Sequence record: DRR723986_7891
Direction: 5' to 3' (one strand)
DNA: 56,198 nucleotides
Part shown: positions 55,588 through 56,198 of the stretch, piece after piece
Layout of the letters: every line of letters starts with the position of its first letter
How positions within the stretch are numbered: the first letter of the stretch is position 1
Program-made: the position numbers and the translations under genes
The notes under the pieces: generated by a model
What the model saw: only the letters and a program-made list of their open reading frames with translations
Databases searched by the model: none
Told to the model about the DNA's origin: nothing

Positions 55588-55616
55588 AAAAAAAAGGCCC
55601 GCAACAGCGGGCCTTT
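55588..55616 (-). terminator. Rho-independent terminator after icd
   Basis: A8-GGCCCGC-aaca-GCGGGCCTTT. Confidence 0.88.
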
Positions 55617-55633
55617 GAACCACCTTGCGGCGT

Positions 55634-56198
55634 TTACATATTGTCGATCATCTTCTGGCCGAACTCGGAGCAGGAAACCAGAGTGGCTCCCTCCATCAGG
55701 CGTTCGAAGTCATAGGTGACAGTGCCCTGCTGGATCGCACCATTCATGCCGTCGATGATCAGATCAGCGGCTTCGGACCAGCCGATGTGACGCAGCATCA
55801 TTTCCGCAGACAGAATCAGCGATCCGGGGTTGACCTTGTCCTGACCGGCGTACTTGGGTGCAGTGCCGTGGGTTGCCTCGAACAGGGCGATAGTGTCGGA
55901 CAGGTTGGCGCCGGGCGCGATACCGATACCACCCACCTGGGCCGCCAGGGCGTCTGACAGGTAGTCGCCGTTCAGGTTCAGCGTAGCGACGACGCTGTAC
56001 TCCTTGGGCCGGGTCAGGATCTGCTGCAGCATGGCGTCAGCGATGACGTCCTTGATGATGATTTCCTTGCCGTTTTTCGGGTTTTTGATCGACACCCAGG
56101 GTCCGCCGTCGAGCAGTTCGCCACCGAATTCCTGTTGTGCAAGTTCATAGCCCCAGTCGCGGAAAGCGCCTTCGGTGAACTTCATGATGTTGCCTTTG
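55634..56198 (-). CDS. icd: NADP-dependent isocitrate dehydrogenase, 3' part (runs off the window)
   Basis: [29 protein letters not shown] and [12 protein letters not shown]. Confidence 0.96.
   Translation of the reverse strand, partial: KGNIMKFTEGAFRDWGYELAQQEFGGELLDGGPWVSIKNPKNGKEIIIKDVIADAMLQQILTRPKEYSVVATLNLNGDYLSDALAAQVGGIGIAPGANLSDTIALFEATHGTAPKYAGQDKVNPGSLILSAEMMLRHIGWSEAADLIIDGMNGAIQQGTVTYDFERLMEGATLVSCSEFGQKMIDNM

Overview
GC-rich gammaproteobacterial chromosome segment. Gene order resembles Pseudomonadales/Cellvibrionales; a Halieaceae-like marine lineage is an inference. It spans the replication terminus: a canonical XerCD dif site lies at 37680-37707 and KOPS octamers flip orientation around it. 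Most of the window is housekeeping: etfBA, cysI-DUF934, metH, nfuA, DAHP synthase, an AddAB-like nuclease/helicase pair, mltD-gloB-methyltransferase-rnhA-dnaQ, nhaB, nudC-sohB, cti, prc, ftsK-lolA-rarA-crcB-serS-cysG, trxB-aat-ate-infA, clpSA and icd. The notable signals are: (1) a second, inverted dif-like site with a 5-bp spacer about 650 bp from dif, bracketing an apparently non-coding segment; (2) a CadC/ToxR-like membrane-anchored regulator with no sensor domain, followed by five ATC motifs phased at exactly 11 bp and a secreted DUF3718-like gene; (3) a FisR/sigma54 sulfide-oxidation module (pdo, DUF442-sqr, sulP) with readable -24/-12 and enhancer sites; (4) a cobB sirtuin pseudogene collapsed by an internal deletion at a 7-bp microhomology; (5) unannotated small ORFs. 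No rRNA, tRNA, CRISPR array, integrase or transposase was seen. All family assignments come from motif recognition by eye, not database searches.
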